From: Methanobrevibacter sp.
Lineage (GTDB): Archaea; Methanobacteriota; Methanobacteria; Methanobacteriales; Methanobacteriaceae
DNA length: 44,206 nucleotides
Direction: 5' to 3'
Assembly (NCBI GenBank): GCA_030539985.1
Contig: JAUNXD010000001.1
Coordinates: 1 to 44,206, forward strand
Position numbers and translations under genes: made by a program. Below are positions 10,201-21,495 of this stretch, piece by piece. The number at the start of each line of letters is the position of its first letter. The first letter of the stretch is position 1. The notes beneath the pieces were generated by a model, which worked only from the letters and a program-made list of their open reading frames with translations, was not told the origin of the DNA and did not search any database.

Positions 10201-11372
10201 ATGTTTATGTTTGCGATGAATTACCTTCCGGATTGATATACAATAATCATTTCGCTCCTGAAGGATTATTCGACAAAAACAAGTTGACATGGTATATCAA
10301 ATCATTAGCTAAAGGCAAATCTGCTACATTAACAATCGATACATTGGTAAATGTTTCTGATGTAACCTTAATCAATAAGGTTAATGTAACCAATGACGTA
10401 TATGATTCAAACGAAACCAACAATAAAGCAAACAACACTACTGATGTCGGTAAGGAATTGCCTGCGGATTTGGAGGTTATTAAGATTGTTTCCAATAAGA
10501 ATCCTCACAATGGTGACACTATTACATGGACAATAACCGTAACCAATAACGGTCCAGGCATTGCAAGGGATGTAACTGTAACCGATAAATTGCCTGATGG
10601 TTTGAGATTTATTTCTTCCAATGGCAATTACAATAAAGACACTGGAATATGGACTATTGGTGATATGAAAGTTGGAGATGTTAAATCATTAATAATTACT
10701 ACTGTAATAACAATTACCAATGCAAACATTACCAATATTGCGGTTGTAAACTCAACTACTCCAGACAACAATACTGACAACAATGAAGACAACGATACTA
10801 CAAGTGTCGATCCGGAAGCTGATTTAAAAATCATTAAGACAGTATCCGATTCTAAACCTTCCAAAGGCGACACCATTACATGGACTATCGTTGTTGTCAA
10901 CCTTGGTCCTGACACAGCTTATGATGTTGTTGTAAGTGAGGATTTGCCGGATGGATTAAAATTGCTTAAAGTCAAAGGCAGTAAAGGTTCCTACAATAAT
11001 GGAATTTGGACTGTCGGAACTTTAAACAATGGTGAAATGGCCACATTGACTATTACCACTGAAGTGCTGATTTCAGGCGGTACAATTGAAAATGTGGTTG
11101 TCGTTACAAGTTCAACCTATGACCCGGATAAGTCCAACAACAATGATACCGAAGTCACTAATCCTAAAGATTCATCCGATGATGAGGAAGAGGAGGAAGA
11201 AGAGAGTAATGACGATGATGATTCAGAGGATAATTCAAATCCTGATAATAATTTGTCAAAAGCCGTTTCTTCACTTTCATCCAATAAGATGCATGCTACA
11301 GGTAATCCGATTGTGATGATTCTTTTGGCATTATTGGCTGTTTGCGGAATAGGTTTAAGAAGAAGAATTTAA
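4261..11372 (+). pseudogene. Giant adhesin-like protein (beta-helix plus ~13 DUF11 repeats plus C-terminal anchor), frameshifted near 4410-4452
   Basis: The signal-peptide ORF 4261-4455 (RBS GAGGT) is in a different frame from the 2272 aa ORF, whose frame is open from 4410. GGAI beta-helix repeats and DLxIxK...WTITVTNxGP repeats are present. The frameshift may be a sequencing error. Confidence 0.8.
6495..11160 (+). repeat. Tandem array of ~13 DUF11 (conserved repeat) domains of ~118-125 aa
   Basis: Recurrent DL(E/Q)(I/V)(I/V)K.VS...GD.ITWTI.V.N.GP..A..V.V.D.LP...W.IG.L motif. A 113-bp identical block occurs at 9507-9619 and 9861-9973. Confidence 0.88.
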
Positions 11373-11380
11373 AAACACTT

Positions 11381-11415
11381 TTGGGAAATTAACTTTTCCC
11401 AACTCTTTATTTTTT
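11381..11415 (+). terminator. Hairpin plus T-tract after the adhesin gene
   Basis: TTGGGAAA-ttaact-TTTCCCAA followed by a T-rich run. Confidence 0.6.
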
Positions 11416-11654
11416 ACAAAACTATAACCATCAGTTTAATAATAATTACCTTAAAAAATTCACCATCTTTATCACATAACAATTAATTTAATCAACTGAT
11501 TTTTTAATAATATTAATTCATCATTTCAAATTTTCATATAGTCCCAACGTTAGTTATATATTCTCATCAAATCTTCAAATTTTTCACACATTCAAACATT
11601 TTAAAAGCAATCAATGAAATATATATTAATGATTTGATTAATTTGTGTGATTAA

Positions 11655-13304
11655 ATGAAAAGTGATAATGTAAAAAAAGGAATTCAAAGAGCACCTCACA
11701 GGTCTCTTCTAAGGGCATGTGGACTCAAGGACGATGACTTTGAAAAACCGTTCATAGGAATAGCAAACAGTTTTACAGACATCGTACCTGGACACATTCA
11801 CCTCAAAGAACTAGTTGAATTTGTAAAGGATGGAATCATAGCTGCTGGAGGTATTCCATTTGAATTTGATACAATGGCAGTCTGTGACGGTATCAGCATG
11901 AACCATGAAGGAATGAAATACTCACTTCCGTCAAGGGAAATCATTGCAGCGACTGTTGAGTCAATGACCAAGGGTCATGCATTTGACGGACTTGTACTTA
12001 TTCCAAGCTGTGACAAGGTAGTTCCTGGAATGATAATGGGTGCTGCACGTGTCAACATACCTTCAATTGTAGTTACCGGCGGGCCGATGGCATCCGGTGA
12101 GTATAACGGAAAACCTGCTGATTTGATCACTGTTTTTGAAGCGGTGGGAGCATATTCTGCAGGCAAGATGACAGAAGAGGAAGTAAGCGAACTTGAAAGA
12201 TGTGCCTGTCCTGGAGCCGGAAGTTGTTCTGGGCTTTTTACTGCAAATACAATGGCATGCATAACAGAAACATTCGGATTGTCACTTCCAACTTGCGCCA
12301 CTACCCATGCAAGAACAGAGGAAAACAACCAGATTGCATTCGAGTCCGGAAAACAGATTATCAAGCTTGTAGAAGACGACATCAAACCTTCAGACATTTT
12401 AACTCAGGAGGCCTTCAACAATGCCATTGCAGTCGATATGGCTTTGGGAGGTTCATCCAATACTGCACTCCACATACCTGCAATTGCCAGTGAAGTGGAA
12501 GGTATGGAAGTTGATTTGGGTCTGTTTGATGAAATATCCCGTAATGTTCCTCATATCGCACTCATTTCACCGGCAGGTGAGGATTCAATGATGGATCTCC
12601 ATTTGGCCGGAGGAATACCTGCAGTATTGAAAACCCTCGGGGATAAAATCGACACCAACCAAATGACTGTAACCGGAAAGACAATTGCAGAGAACTTGAA
12701 GGTCGTGGAAAACAAAAACACCGACGTCATCCATACACTTGACAATCCCGTTCATGAGGATGGTGGAATAGCTATTTTGAAAGGCAATCTCGCACCTAAC
12801 GGCAGCGTCGTCAAGAAAGGTGCTGTTGCAGATCACCTCATGCACCTTAAAGGCCCTGCAAAGGTATATGATTCCGAAGAGGATGTCACAAAAGCAATAT
12901 TCGACCATGAAATCGAAGAGGGAGACATTGTCGTAATCAGATATGAAGGTCCAAAAGGCGGTCCGGGAATGCGTGAAATGCTGAATCCTACTTCAGCGCT
13001 TGCCGGAATGAACATCAAGGATGTCGGACTTATAACCGACGGAAGATTTTCAGGAGGAACACGTGGACCATGCATAGGTCACGTATCACCTGAAGCAAGG
13101 GAAGACGGGCCTATTGCAGCCATTCAAAACGGTGACATAATAGAAATAGACATTGAAAACAGACTCATTAATGTAGAGTTGTCCGATGATGAAATTGCCG
13201 AAAGACTGAATAATGTAAAACACCCTGAAAGCGATGTTTCTGGCTGGCTTGCGATATATCAAAAATTGGTTCACTCTGCAGATACTGGAGCCATTTTAAG
13301 GTAG
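11655..13304 (+). CDS. ilvD: Dihydroxy-acid dehydratase
   Basis: Motifs [50 protein letters not shown] and TDGRFSGGT. Confidence 0.97.
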   Translation: MKSDNVKKGIQRAPHRSLLRACGLKDDDFEKPFIGIANSFTDIVPGHIHLKELVEFVKDGIIAAGGIPFEFDTMAVCDGISMNHEGMKYSLPSREIIAATVESMTKGHAFDGLVLIPSCDKVVPGMIMGAARVNIPSIVVTGGPMASGEYNGKPADLITVFEAVGAYSAGKMTEEEVSELERCACPGAGSCSGLFTANTMACITETFGLSLPTCATTHARTEENNQIAFESGKQIIKLVEDDIKPSDILTQEAFNNAIAVDMALGGSSNTALHIPAIASEVEGMEVDLGLFDEISRNVPHIALISPAGEDSMMDLHLAGGIPAVLKTLGDKIDTNQMTVTGKTIAENLKVVENKNTDVIHTLDNPVHEDGGIAILKGNLAPNGSVVKKGAVADHLMHLKGPAKVYDSEEDVTKAIFDHEIEEGDIVVIRYEGPKGGPGMREMLNPTSALAGMNIKDVGLITDGRFSGGTRGPCIGHVSPEAREDGPIAAIQNGDIIEIDIENRLINVELSDDEIAERLNNVKHPESDVSGWLAIYQKLVHSADTGAILR

Positions 13305-13311
13305 TGTTATA

Positions 13312-14583
13312 ATGGATATACTGAAATACTCTGAAATTGATTTGGCAGAAACCATAAAAAGGTCAGAGCAGGACGTCAACAATGTTTTAGGGACTGTATC
13401 CGAGATTTTGGAAAATGTTCGTGTAAATAAAGATGATGCTATTAGAGAATATACTGAAAAGTTTGACGATGTACTGATAGAAAATTTGAAAGTATCCAAA
13501 GATGAAATTGATGAGGCATATTCCACATTGGATGATGGACTGTTGGATGCACTTAAAAATGCGGCTTCAAACATTCGAAAATTTCATGAAAAACAGATCC
13601 CCTCCGAGTGGAAAATTGAAGTCAATCCCGGAGTTGTGGCAGGTCAAATAGTAAGGCCGATTAATTCTGCAGGCTGCTATATTCCGGGGGGTCGTGCAGC
13701 ATATCCCTCATCAATATTGATGACTGTCATACCTGCAAAAATTGCTGGTGTTAAGAAAGTGGTATGTGTTACACCTCCGCAAAAGGACGGCAAGATTCTC
13801 GATGCCATTTTGGTTGCAGCTGATATTGCAGGTGCCGATGAGATTTATAAGGTCGGTGGTGCACAGGCAATTGCAGGACTTGCATATGGAACAGAATCAA
13901 TACCGCAAGTCGAAAAGATTGTAGGTCCTGGAAATATATTCGTTACCGCCGCAAAGAAACTGGTATATGGTCAAGTAGATATCGAGTTTCCGGCAGGCCC
14001 ATCTGAAGTGCTTATTTTAGCCGATGAGAGTGCAAATCCCGAATTTCTTGCAACTGATATACTGGCGCAGGCAGAACACGATCCAAATGCATCATGCTTC
14101 TTTGTGACTGACTCAGAGGAGTTGGCCATTAAAACCGATGAGTTTGTTCAACAATTAACCGAGATTGCACCTAGACGTGAAATCATTGAAGAATCATTAT
14201 CAAAAAGTGGAAAAATCATTATCACAGACACTTTTGATGAAGCTATTCACGTTACAAACGAATACGCTCCTGAACATTTAATCATATCCACTGAAGATGA
14301 TGACGAGACATTATCACACATTAACAATGCGGGTTCAATCTTTTTGGGTGCCTATTCACCTGTTGCTGCGGGAGATTATGGATCAGGCACAAACCATGTG
14401 CTTCCGACAGGCGGAGGAGCCAAAATGTATTCAGGCCTTTCAACCGAGGCCTTCATCAAAAAGCCTACTGTTCAAAGGCTGACAAAAGAAGGTTTAAAGG
14501 AACTGTCAAAGACTTCCGTTCCGATTGCTGAATATGAAGGATTCTTTGCACATGCAAATTCATTTAAAACAAGATTAAGATAG
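13312..14583 (+). CDS. hisD: Histidinol dehydrogenase
   Basis: Motifs [35 protein letters not shown] and [13 protein letters not shown]. Confidence 0.97.
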   Translation: MDILKYSEIDLAETIKRSEQDVNNVLGTVSEILENVRVNKDDAIREYTEKFDDVLIENLKVSKDEIDEAYSTLDDGLLDALKNAASNIRKFHEKQIPSEWKIEVNPGVVAGQIVRPINSAGCYIPGGRAAYPSSILMTVIPAKIAGVKKVVCVTPPQKDGKILDAILVAADIAGADEIYKVGGAQAIAGLAYGTESIPQVEKIVGPGNIFVTAAKKLVYGQVDIEFPAGPSEVLILADESANPEFLATDILAQAEHDPNASCFFVTDSEELAIKTDEFVQQLTEIAPRREIIEESLSKSGKIIITDTFDEAIHVTNEYAPEHLIISTEDDDETLSHINNAGSIFLGAYSPVAAGDYGSGTNHVLPTGGGAKMYSGLSTEAFIKKPTVQRLTKEGLKELSKTSVPIAEYEGFFAHANSFKTRLR

Positions 14584-14616
14584 TTGATTAACTATACTAA
14601 TCTTATTTATTTTTCA

Positions 14617-14715
14617 TTAGAGTAGAAGAATTGTTTGAAGGATCAGTCCTGTAATTTTTGCTATTTCTTCAGGAGTGAGTATTTTTTTTATAAGTTTTTC
14701 TAACTCTTCCCAATC
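14617..14715 (-). pseudogene. Remnant resembling the C-terminus of Rpn/YhgA-like proteins
   Basis: Minus strand reads DWEELEKLIKKILTPEEIAKITGLILQTILLL*, with no start codon. It resembles the EISDITGLTIEEI tail of 26204-27055. Confidence 0.5.
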
Positions 14716-14785
14716 CTATCTTAATTTAAGCTACTATCTACACTTATTTTTAAAAAACAAGGTTTTTTTAATTAGTCTAGTAAAC

Positions 14786-14793
14786 TTTATATA
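14786..14793 (+). promoter_or_regulatory. Probable TATA box of aspS
   Basis: AAAC-TTTATATA lies ~25 nt before the first hairpin of the leader. Confidence 0.5.
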
Positions 14794-14817
14794 TCATGTT
14801 AAACTACTTTATATCTA

Positions 14818-14925
14818 GAATATGATTTTTCATATTCATTGCTTTCTATACAAGAAAGAAATCAGGTAATAAACAGTTGCCTAATTGGGTGTAGTTTATA
14901 GGTTTCGCCTATAATCTTAGGCAAC
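14818..14925 (+). ncRNA. Candidate structured 5' leader of aspS, or a small RNA
   Basis: Hairpins GAATATGA/TCATATTC and CTTTCT/AGAAAG, plus GTTGCCTAA/TTAGGCAAC enclosing TTATAGG-tttcg-CCTATAA. Confidence 0.5.
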
Positions 14926-14990
14926 ACTTATTTTTAAAAATTTTTAATTGATTAAATTAAATTATTTTTACAAACCTCGAGGTGAATAAT

Positions 14991-16310
14991 TTGCAAGGTT
15001 TATTAAAAGACTGGAGAAGAACAAACTATGCCAGTGAATGCACTCCTGAAATTGCAGGCAGTGACATCACAATCATGGGTTGGGTGCACGAAATCCGTGA
15101 TTTTGGTGGAATAATGTTCGTCATTATTCGTGACGTCACAGGCAGAGTACAGGTTACCGCTCCAAGCAAAAAAGTAGACGAAAAAATAATGGAAGAATTA
15201 AGAGAATTCAGAAAGGAATCTGTTGTGGCAATCAAAGGTTTAGTGCAGGAAGCAGGTAAAGCACCAAATGGTGTTGAAATCATTCCTAAAGAAGTTAAAG
15301 TATTAAATTTAGCTAATCAGCCTTTACCAATGGATCCAACAGAAAAGGTTAAAGCAGGAATCGATACAAGATTAGATTCAAGATTTTTGGATATCAGAAA
15401 GGAAAACGTTTCAGCAATCTTTAAAATCAAAGGACAGATGTTCCATACCATCCGTGACTTTTTCTATGACAACGGATTTTATGAAATCAACACTCCTAAA
15501 CTCGTAGCATCCGCTACCGAAGGAGGAACTGAACTTTTCCCAATCACTTACTTTGAAAAAGAGGCATTCCTCGGCCAATCCCCTCAGCTATACAAACAGA
15601 TGATGATGGCTTCCGGAATGGATAAGGTATTTGAAATCGGCCAGATTTTCAGGGCTGAAGAGCACGATACCCTAAGACACCTGAACGAAGCGGTTTCTAT
15701 CGATGCTGAAGCTTCATTTGCCGATGATGAGGATGTAATGAAAATCCTAAATGACATGATTATAAAAGTCTTAAAAGACATCAATGAAAACTGCGCAGAT
15801 GAATTGGAAATACTTGGTCATGAACTTGAAGTTCCCTCCGGTGATTTCCCTGTCGTTACCTATGACGAAGCTGTTGACATTGTAAACTCTAAAGATGTAG
15901 CTATGGAATGGGGTGAAGACCTTTCCCGTGAAGCTGAAAAAGCTTTAGGCGATACCATGGGAGGATTTTACTTCCTCACAAGATGGCCATCCGAGATTAA
16001 GCCATTCTATGTAATGCCTGTCGATGGAGAGGAACAGTACTCTCACGCATTCGATTTAATGTACAACAACCTTGAATTGTCTTCCGGTGCTACACGTGTA
16101 CACCAGTATGATTTGCTTGTAAAACAAATTGAAGAACGTGGATTGAATCCTGCAGGATTTGGAAGCTACTTGAAAGCATTCGAATACGGTATGCCTCCTC
16201 ACGCCGGTTGGGGTGTAGGAGCCGACAGATTGACCATGGTACTTACCGGATCTGAAAACATCCGTGAATGTGTACTCTTCCCAAGAGACAGACACAGATT
16301 AACTCCATAG
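14991..16310 (+). CDS. aspS: Aspartate--tRNA ligase, archaeal type (probably non-discriminating Asp/Asn)
   Basis: OB-fold [38 protein letters not shown] and FPRD. The GTG at 14982 lies inside the GAGGTGA RBS, so TTG at 14991 is the preferred start. Confidence 0.95.
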   Translation: MQGLLKDWRRTNYASECTPEIAGSDITIMGWVHEIRDFGGIMFVIIRDVTGRVQVTAPSKKVDEKIMEELREFRKESVVAIKGLVQEAGKAPNGVEIIPKEVKVLNLANQPLPMDPTEKVKAGIDTRLDSRFLDIRKENVSAIFKIKGQMFHTIRDFFYDNGFYEINTPKLVASATEGGTELFPITYFEKEAFLGQSPQLYKQMMMASGMDKVFEIGQIFRAEEHDTLRHLNEAVSIDAEASFADDEDVMKILNDMIIKVLKDINENCADELEILGHELEVPSGDFPVVTYDEAVDIVNSKDVAMEWGEDLSREAEKALGDTMGGFYFLTRWPSEIKPFYVMPVDGEEQYSHAFDLMYNNLELSSGATRVHQYDLLVKQIEERGLNPAGFGSYLKAFEYGMPPHAGWGVGADRLTMVLTGSENIRECVLFPRDRHRLTP

Positions 16311-17510
16311 ATGGATATGGAAGAATATGATATAGCTATTATTGGCGGAGGTCCTGCCGGAATCATGGCGGCAATTGCAGCCAGCAGGACTTCCTGCGAT
16401 GTCATATTGCTTGAGAAGAATTCCTCCCTCGGACGCAAGCTGCTTTTGACCGGAGGGGGAAGGTGCAATATTACCAACGGCAAGCCAATAAAACAGCTAT
16501 TAAATTTTTTTAACAACAGAAACTTTTTAAAACACTCCTTTTACTCATTTACAAATGAGGATTTGCTTTCATTGTTTGATTTTGAATTTGTCTGTGAGGA
16601 TGATGACAGGATTTTTCCCGAAAGCGGAAAATCGGCGGATGTCCTTAACGGTTTGGCTGACCTTCTTGATGGTGTAAGTATAAGTTATAACTTCGAAGTT
16701 AAAACCATAAGCAGTGACTTTGTTATAAATGATAAGTTAAAAGCCAATAAAATCATCATTGCCACAGGAGGAGTCACATATCCGCAGACCGGCTGCAGTC
16801 CGGAAAACTATTCTTTAACTCCTCAGCCTGTAACCGACATCAGATACGGTCTCTCACCATTACTCACCCGTGAAGACCTCTCATCGGTTGCCGGTGTAAA
16901 TCTCAGGGATGTTGTTATAAGTTATAAGAAATCAAGGGTTCGGGGAGACGTTCTTCTTTCACATGTTGGCCTTACCGGTCCGGGAATAATTAACCTGAGC
17001 AATGAGATATCTGAGGTTATAAGTTATAACATCTTGGAGGGTGAACCTCACCTTGATTTGGAGATAGCCATTGATTTGTGTCCTGATTTTACGCGTGAGG
17101 AACTCCTTGACAGATTCTCCAGGGAATTTCAAAATAAGGGAAAGACCCATTTGAGGAATTATCTTAAATCCTTTCTGACAGGAGGATTCATTGATTACTT
17201 TTTGAATGTTGTGGATTTGGAGGGGGATTTGCAGTTATCCAGAATTAATAAAAAAAGCAAAAATCTTTTAATAGAAAATCTTAAACGCTTCACATTTGAA
17301 ATAACCGGTTTCAACAGTGACTTGGCAAAGATAACCATCGGAGGAGTTGATTTATCAAATGTCAATTCAAAAACGATGGAGTCAACCCTGATTCCGAATC
17401 TGTACTTTGCCGGTGAGGTTCTTGATTTGCACGGGCCGACCGGAGGCTATAATTTGAAAATCGCATTTTCAACAGGGTTTTTGGCCGGATTGTCTGCCGG
17501 CTTGAAATAA
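16311..17510 (+). CDS. HI0933/BaiN-family flavoprotein (NAD(P)/FAD-dependent oxidoreductase)
   Basis: Motifs IIGGGPAG, GRKLLLTGGGRCNITN, ATGG and LYFAGEVLDLHGPTGGYN. Confidence 0.9.
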   Translation: MDMEEYDIAIIGGGPAGIMAAIAASRTSCDVILLEKNSSLGRKLLLTGGGRCNITNGKPIKQLLNFFNNRNFLKHSFYSFTNEDLLSLFDFEFVCEDDDRIFPESGKSADVLNGLADLLDGVSISYNFEVKTISSDFVINDKLKANKIIIATGGVTYPQTGCSPENYSLTPQPVTDIRYGLSPLLTREDLSSVAGVNLRDVVISYKKSRVRGDVLLSHVGLTGPGIINLSNEISEVISYNILEGEPHLDLEIAIDLCPDFTREELLDRFSREFQNKGKTHLRNYLKSFLTGGFIDYFLNVVDLEGDLQLSRINKKSKNLLIENLKRFTFEITGFNSDLAKITIGGVDLSNVNSKTMESTLIPNLYFAGEVLDLHGPTGGYNLKIAFSTGFLAGLSAGLK

Positions 17511-17602
17511 TGTGATGGCATCAATATTTCTTTTTTAATGTAATTTTTCACTTCAAAAGCAATTTTGAAGTCTTTAATGAGAAAGATATATATTTTAAGG
17601 TT

Positions 17603-19393
17603 AGTGTAAAAAATTTAACTGATAGATTTATTTTAATTTTTTCTGAATTAGATTTATTATCAACCAATTAGATAACAAGTTGGTATCAAATTGTTATATT
17701 AAAAATAAGGGAAAATTCATTTGATTTTCCTTTAATTAAATGATATTATTGCTTTGATAAAATATCACTCTTTTTAATTTGCAACACAAAATATGATGCA
17801 TAACTCTTAAAATTATCAATACTCATTTATAATATATCGAATAGCACTATATTTTATGAATATCACGTTATTGATTTATTATAGTTTAATTAATTTTTAA
17901 TTTTACATTTGGAGTTCATAGATATATTTAAATTAGATGTAGGCCAATTATTATATATGAAAACCCAAAATAAAAAGCCTACAGAAATATATTGTGTCGA
18001 GGACTTATTTAAATATTACCTATTTGGTCAGGAAAATTTACTCTATGTTAGCAACACCATTTCTCCTGAAATCGTTGAAATATTCTCAGAAATAATGGAT
18101 ACAACATTATTCGTGATTTATTTTGATTCAAGAGAATATGATCCAGAATTTGCTAAAACACATGTTAAAAATGGATTAGTTTAATTTAAATTGAACAAGA
18201 AATACATAATTTACAAGCAAACTTACAAATATTACTCTAAAAATAAAGAACGATACATGACAACAATGCTACTGGAGTATATTGATAAAGGGTGCAATTA
18301 TACACGAAAAATCAAACAACAGGGATTAATGTGCACAAAAATTACATACGCATCATACGGATCAAAAACCGAACTTGTAAACGACCAATTTGACCTCAAT
18401 ATATCAAGACAAAGCATATACTTACATGAAAAAGAATTATCACCACAATACATCTACAACAAAGAACAAGAAATACTAAAACAGATTAAAAAACTTGATA
18501 TAAAACCAAGCGGATATTATAATTACGATGAAGAATATATAAAGATTAGTAGCAAAATTTACGTGAGATTAGCCCTTATTGATGCCGTTACAAAGATGAT
18601 AATCAATGACGAGTTGATTCCCAAAAGTCAATTCAACAAAGAATACATTGAAAAATTTCTAACAGAATCTACAAAAGATATAAAATTAAACACAATCATT
18701 ACTGACGGTCATCGTTCATATCCAGAAATAATCGAACGAATAGGAGCAAAACACCAACTATGCACATTCCACATAATGCAAAATCTAATGACAAAACTAA
18801 ATCCATATATACACAAAAAAGAAAGAAGCATAGAATCATTGAAAGAAGCCAATGAAAAGAAAGAAGCAAAAATAGAAGAATTAAAAAGCAAAATGCCCTT
18901 AAAAAGAGGAAGACCCAAAAAATCAGACAAAAAAGCAATAAACAACATCGAAAAACGAAAAAAACTAAAACAAGAAATAGATGAAAATAAAGAAAAAATA
19001 AGAGAATATAAAGCCAAAATCAAAGAACACACTGAATACAAAGAGACAATAAGGAAAATATTCCGTGCCAAGACTTTAAAAACCGCAATGAAATACTTCC
19101 ACCAATTATATGACAAACTAGACGAATTGCCAACAATAATACAAAATTTCATCAAAACACTCACTAAAAAAATAGACAAAACATTAGAATACACAAAAGA
19201 CAAAAATATACCAAAAACAAATAATTTAGTTGAATTACTGTTCAAAGTAACGTTTCCCGGAAAAATAAAGCGAATTTATCGAACTTATGCGGGAGCAATA
19301 ACACAAATCAAACTCGATGATCTCAAATGGATTGAACACAATATCCTTGAAAAATCAAGCAAAAATAAAACTATCAGTTAAATTTTTTACACT
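17603..19393 (+). mobile_element. Insertion sequence (~1.8 kb) with DDE transposase and terminal inverted repeats
   Basis: Perfect 23-bp inverted repeat AGTGTAAAAAATTTAACTGATAG (17603-17625 / 19371-19393), extending inward imperfectly. No target-site duplication is visible. Coding strand is strongly A-rich. Confidence 0.88.
17957..19381 (+). pseudogene. DDE transposase interrupted by an in-frame TAA (18182-18184)
   Basis: ORFs 17909-18184 and 18191-19381 share a frame. Motifs YDEEYI, ITDG, QLCTFH and TNNLVE. The stop codon lies inside the right inverted repeat. Confidence 0.8.
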
Positions 19394-19577
19394 GTCGTAA
19401 AAGAAAAAGAGGAGACGAATTGGTTAAAAATTATGAATATAAAGGCGATAAATAGATTTTATTTTTTTTAAATCACTACTTTTAAACCACATCAATTTTC
19501 CAATCTCACCACATTTTTTAGTTTCAAATCTAACCATGACAAAATATTTAAGATATATTTAATACAAACCTTACATT

Positions 19578-20207
19578 ATGACAGACAAAATGTTCATGGG
19601 TGCATCAACTAAGCAAGGTCTGGATATTGCAAACAAAAGTCGTGAAATTATCCGTGGCCTTATTGGAGATGACGTCAAAGATTTAAAACCAATAGAAAGA
19701 GACATTGTTGAGAGGATTGTTCACTCAACTGCAGATCCTGAGTATGCAAAATTAGTTAAAATCAGTTCTGATTTTGTAGATGCAGCTATGGCATCCCTTA
19801 AAAATAAGGAAACTATCTTAACCGACATCAACATGGTTAAGTATGGTATAACCAGATATGAGGGAGAAGTTGAGTGTTACATCAAAAATGAGGAAGTCGT
19901 AAAGATTGCAAAAGAAAATCAAATCACAAGGGCTGCTGCAGCAATGAGATATGCTGCCCAAAATGATTTTGAGGGAATAGTCGTTTCTGGTAATGCTCCA
20001 ACTGCTGTTTTTGAAGCTATGGATTTATATGCTAAAGGTGAGATGAACTTGAAGGCAATTGTGGGTGTTCCAGTCGGTTTTGTCGGAGCAGCCGATTCAA
20101 AAGAGGTGTTGCATAATTCAGACATTCCGAATATTATTGTTGAAGGCCCTAAAGGCGGAACACCGATTGCAGTGGCATGTGTAAATTCGTTAATACAACA
20201 TTTATAG
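19578..20207 (+). CDS. cbiC: Cobalt-precorrin-8 methylmutase
   Basis: Motifs RIVHSTAD, TRAAAA, GNAPTA, GVPVGFVGAADSK and KGGTPIAVA. Confidence 0.93.
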   Translation: MTDKMFMGASTKQGLDIANKSREIIRGLIGDDVKDLKPIERDIVERIVHSTADPEYAKLVKISSDFVDAAMASLKNKETILTDINMVKYGITRYEGEVECYIKNEEVVKIAKENQITRAAAAMRYAAQNDFEGIVVSGNAPTAVFEAMDLYAKGEMNLKAIVGVPVGFVGAADSKEVLHNSDIPNIIVEGPKGGTPIAVACVNSLIQHL

Positions 20208-20216
20208 CGTGATAAA

Positions 20217-21491
20217 ATGTATTCAGAAGAATTGTTCAATGAATCAAAAAAATACTTCCCCGGTGGAGTGAACTCTCCGGTGCGCGCTTTTAAACCTTAT
20301 CCGTTTTTCGTTAAAAGTGCAGGAGGATCAAAAATCACCGATGTGGATGGTAAAACTTATATTGACCATTGTCTGGCTTATGGACCTTTGATATTGGGTC
20401 ATGCAGACCCCAAGGTAGTTAGGGAAGTTTCCAATCAGCTGACTATGGGAACCGCCTACGGTACTCCAACCGAAAATGAGATTACTCTTGCAAAGGAAGT
20501 AATTGACAGAATTCCTTCAGCCGAGATGGTCAGGTTCTGTAACAGCGGAACCGAAGCTACCATGAGTGCAATAAGGCTTGCAAGAGGTTTTACCGGAAGG
20601 GATAAAATCGTCAAGTTCGAAGGGGCTTATCATGGAGCTCATGATTATGTGCTGGTTAAGGGAGGATCAGGTGCCGCAACATTGCCGGATTCACCGGGAA
20701 TACCTGCTGACACTACAAAAAATACTCTTTCAGTTCCATTCAATGATGAAGAAGCATTGACAGAACTGATTGAAAGTGAAGGTGAAAACATTGCCTGTAT
20801 CATTATGGAAGTGGTAATGGGTAATGTCGGATGCATCGAGCCTAAACCTGGATTTTTGGAATTCATCAGAAAAATCACTGAAGAAAATGGTATCGTTTTA
20901 ATATTTGATGAGGTAATCACAGGTTTCAGAGCATCACGTGGAGGTGCGCAGGAATATTATGGCGTGACTCCAGATTTAACCACATTGGGTAAAATCGTTG
21001 GTGGAGGACTTCCTATGGGAGCATTCTGCGGTAAAAAGGAAATAATGGAATTGATTGCTCCTAACGGTCCTGTATATCAGGCAGGTACCTTTTCAGGAAA
21101 TCCTGTTTCAGTTCAGGCAGGAATATCTACCATGGCACAGCTGGATGATGCGTTCTATAAGGAACTTGAAAGGAAAGGAAAATTCCTTAGGGGCAACATA
21201 GCTTCAATCATTGATGATGAGGAGTATAATATCCAGCCTGTCGGTCTTGCTTCAATGTTTCAGATTTATTTCACACCTGAACCGGTTTACAATTATGCTG
21301 ATGCGCAAAAGGCAGACAGAAGACAATTTTTAAGATACTTCAAGACTTTATTGAAGCATGGTGTTTTCATACCGCCTTCACAGTTTGAATGTAATTTCAT
21401 TTCAAATGCACACAGCATGGAGGATTTGCAGAACACTTCCGATGCAATAGAACTGGGGCTAAGGGAAGCATTTAGAAAAAGAAGAAGGTAA
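20217..21491 (+). CDS. hemL: Glutamate-1-semialdehyde 2,1-aminomutase
   Basis: Motifs [36 protein letters not shown] and QAGTFSGNP. Confidence 0.97.
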   Translation: MYSEELFNESKKYFPGGVNSPVRAFKPYPFFVKSAGGSKITDVDGKTYIDHCLAYGPLILGHADPKVVREVSNQLTMGTAYGTPTENEITLAKEVIDRIPSAEMVRFCNSGTEATMSAIRLARGFTGRDKIVKFEGAYHGAHDYVLVKGGSGAATLPDSPGIPADTTKNTLSVPFNDEEALTELIESEGENIACIIMEVVMGNVGCIEPKPGFLEFIRKITEENGIVLIFDEVITGFRASRGGAQEYYGVTPDLTTLGKIVGGGLPMGAFCGKKEIMELIAPNGPVYQAGTFSGNPVSVQAGISTMAQLDDAFYKELERKGKFLRGNIASIIDDEEYNIQPVGLASMFQIYFTPEPVYNYADAQKADRRQFLRYFKTLLKHGVFIPPSQFECNFISNAHSMEDLQNTSDAIELGLREAFRKRRR

Positions 21492-21495
21492 TACT

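Noticed and set aside
7280-10915. Series of minus-strand ORFs inside the adhesin
   Set aside because: They are antisense shadows of the repetitive DUF11 coding frame, and their similarity to each other derives from the repeats.
17511-17600. Minus-strand frame containing IAFEVKN as a nuclease gene disrupted by the IS
   Set aside because: It is too short, and I found no convincing continuation on the other side of the IS.
18182-18184. Stop-codon recoding (Pyl/Sec) in the transposase
   Set aside because: The codon is TAA, not TAG or TGA, so a simple nonsense mutation is more likely.
18699-19245. Hydrophobic minus-strand ORFs in the IS
   Set aside because: They are an artefact of the A-rich transposase strand, which gives F/L-rich antisense frames.
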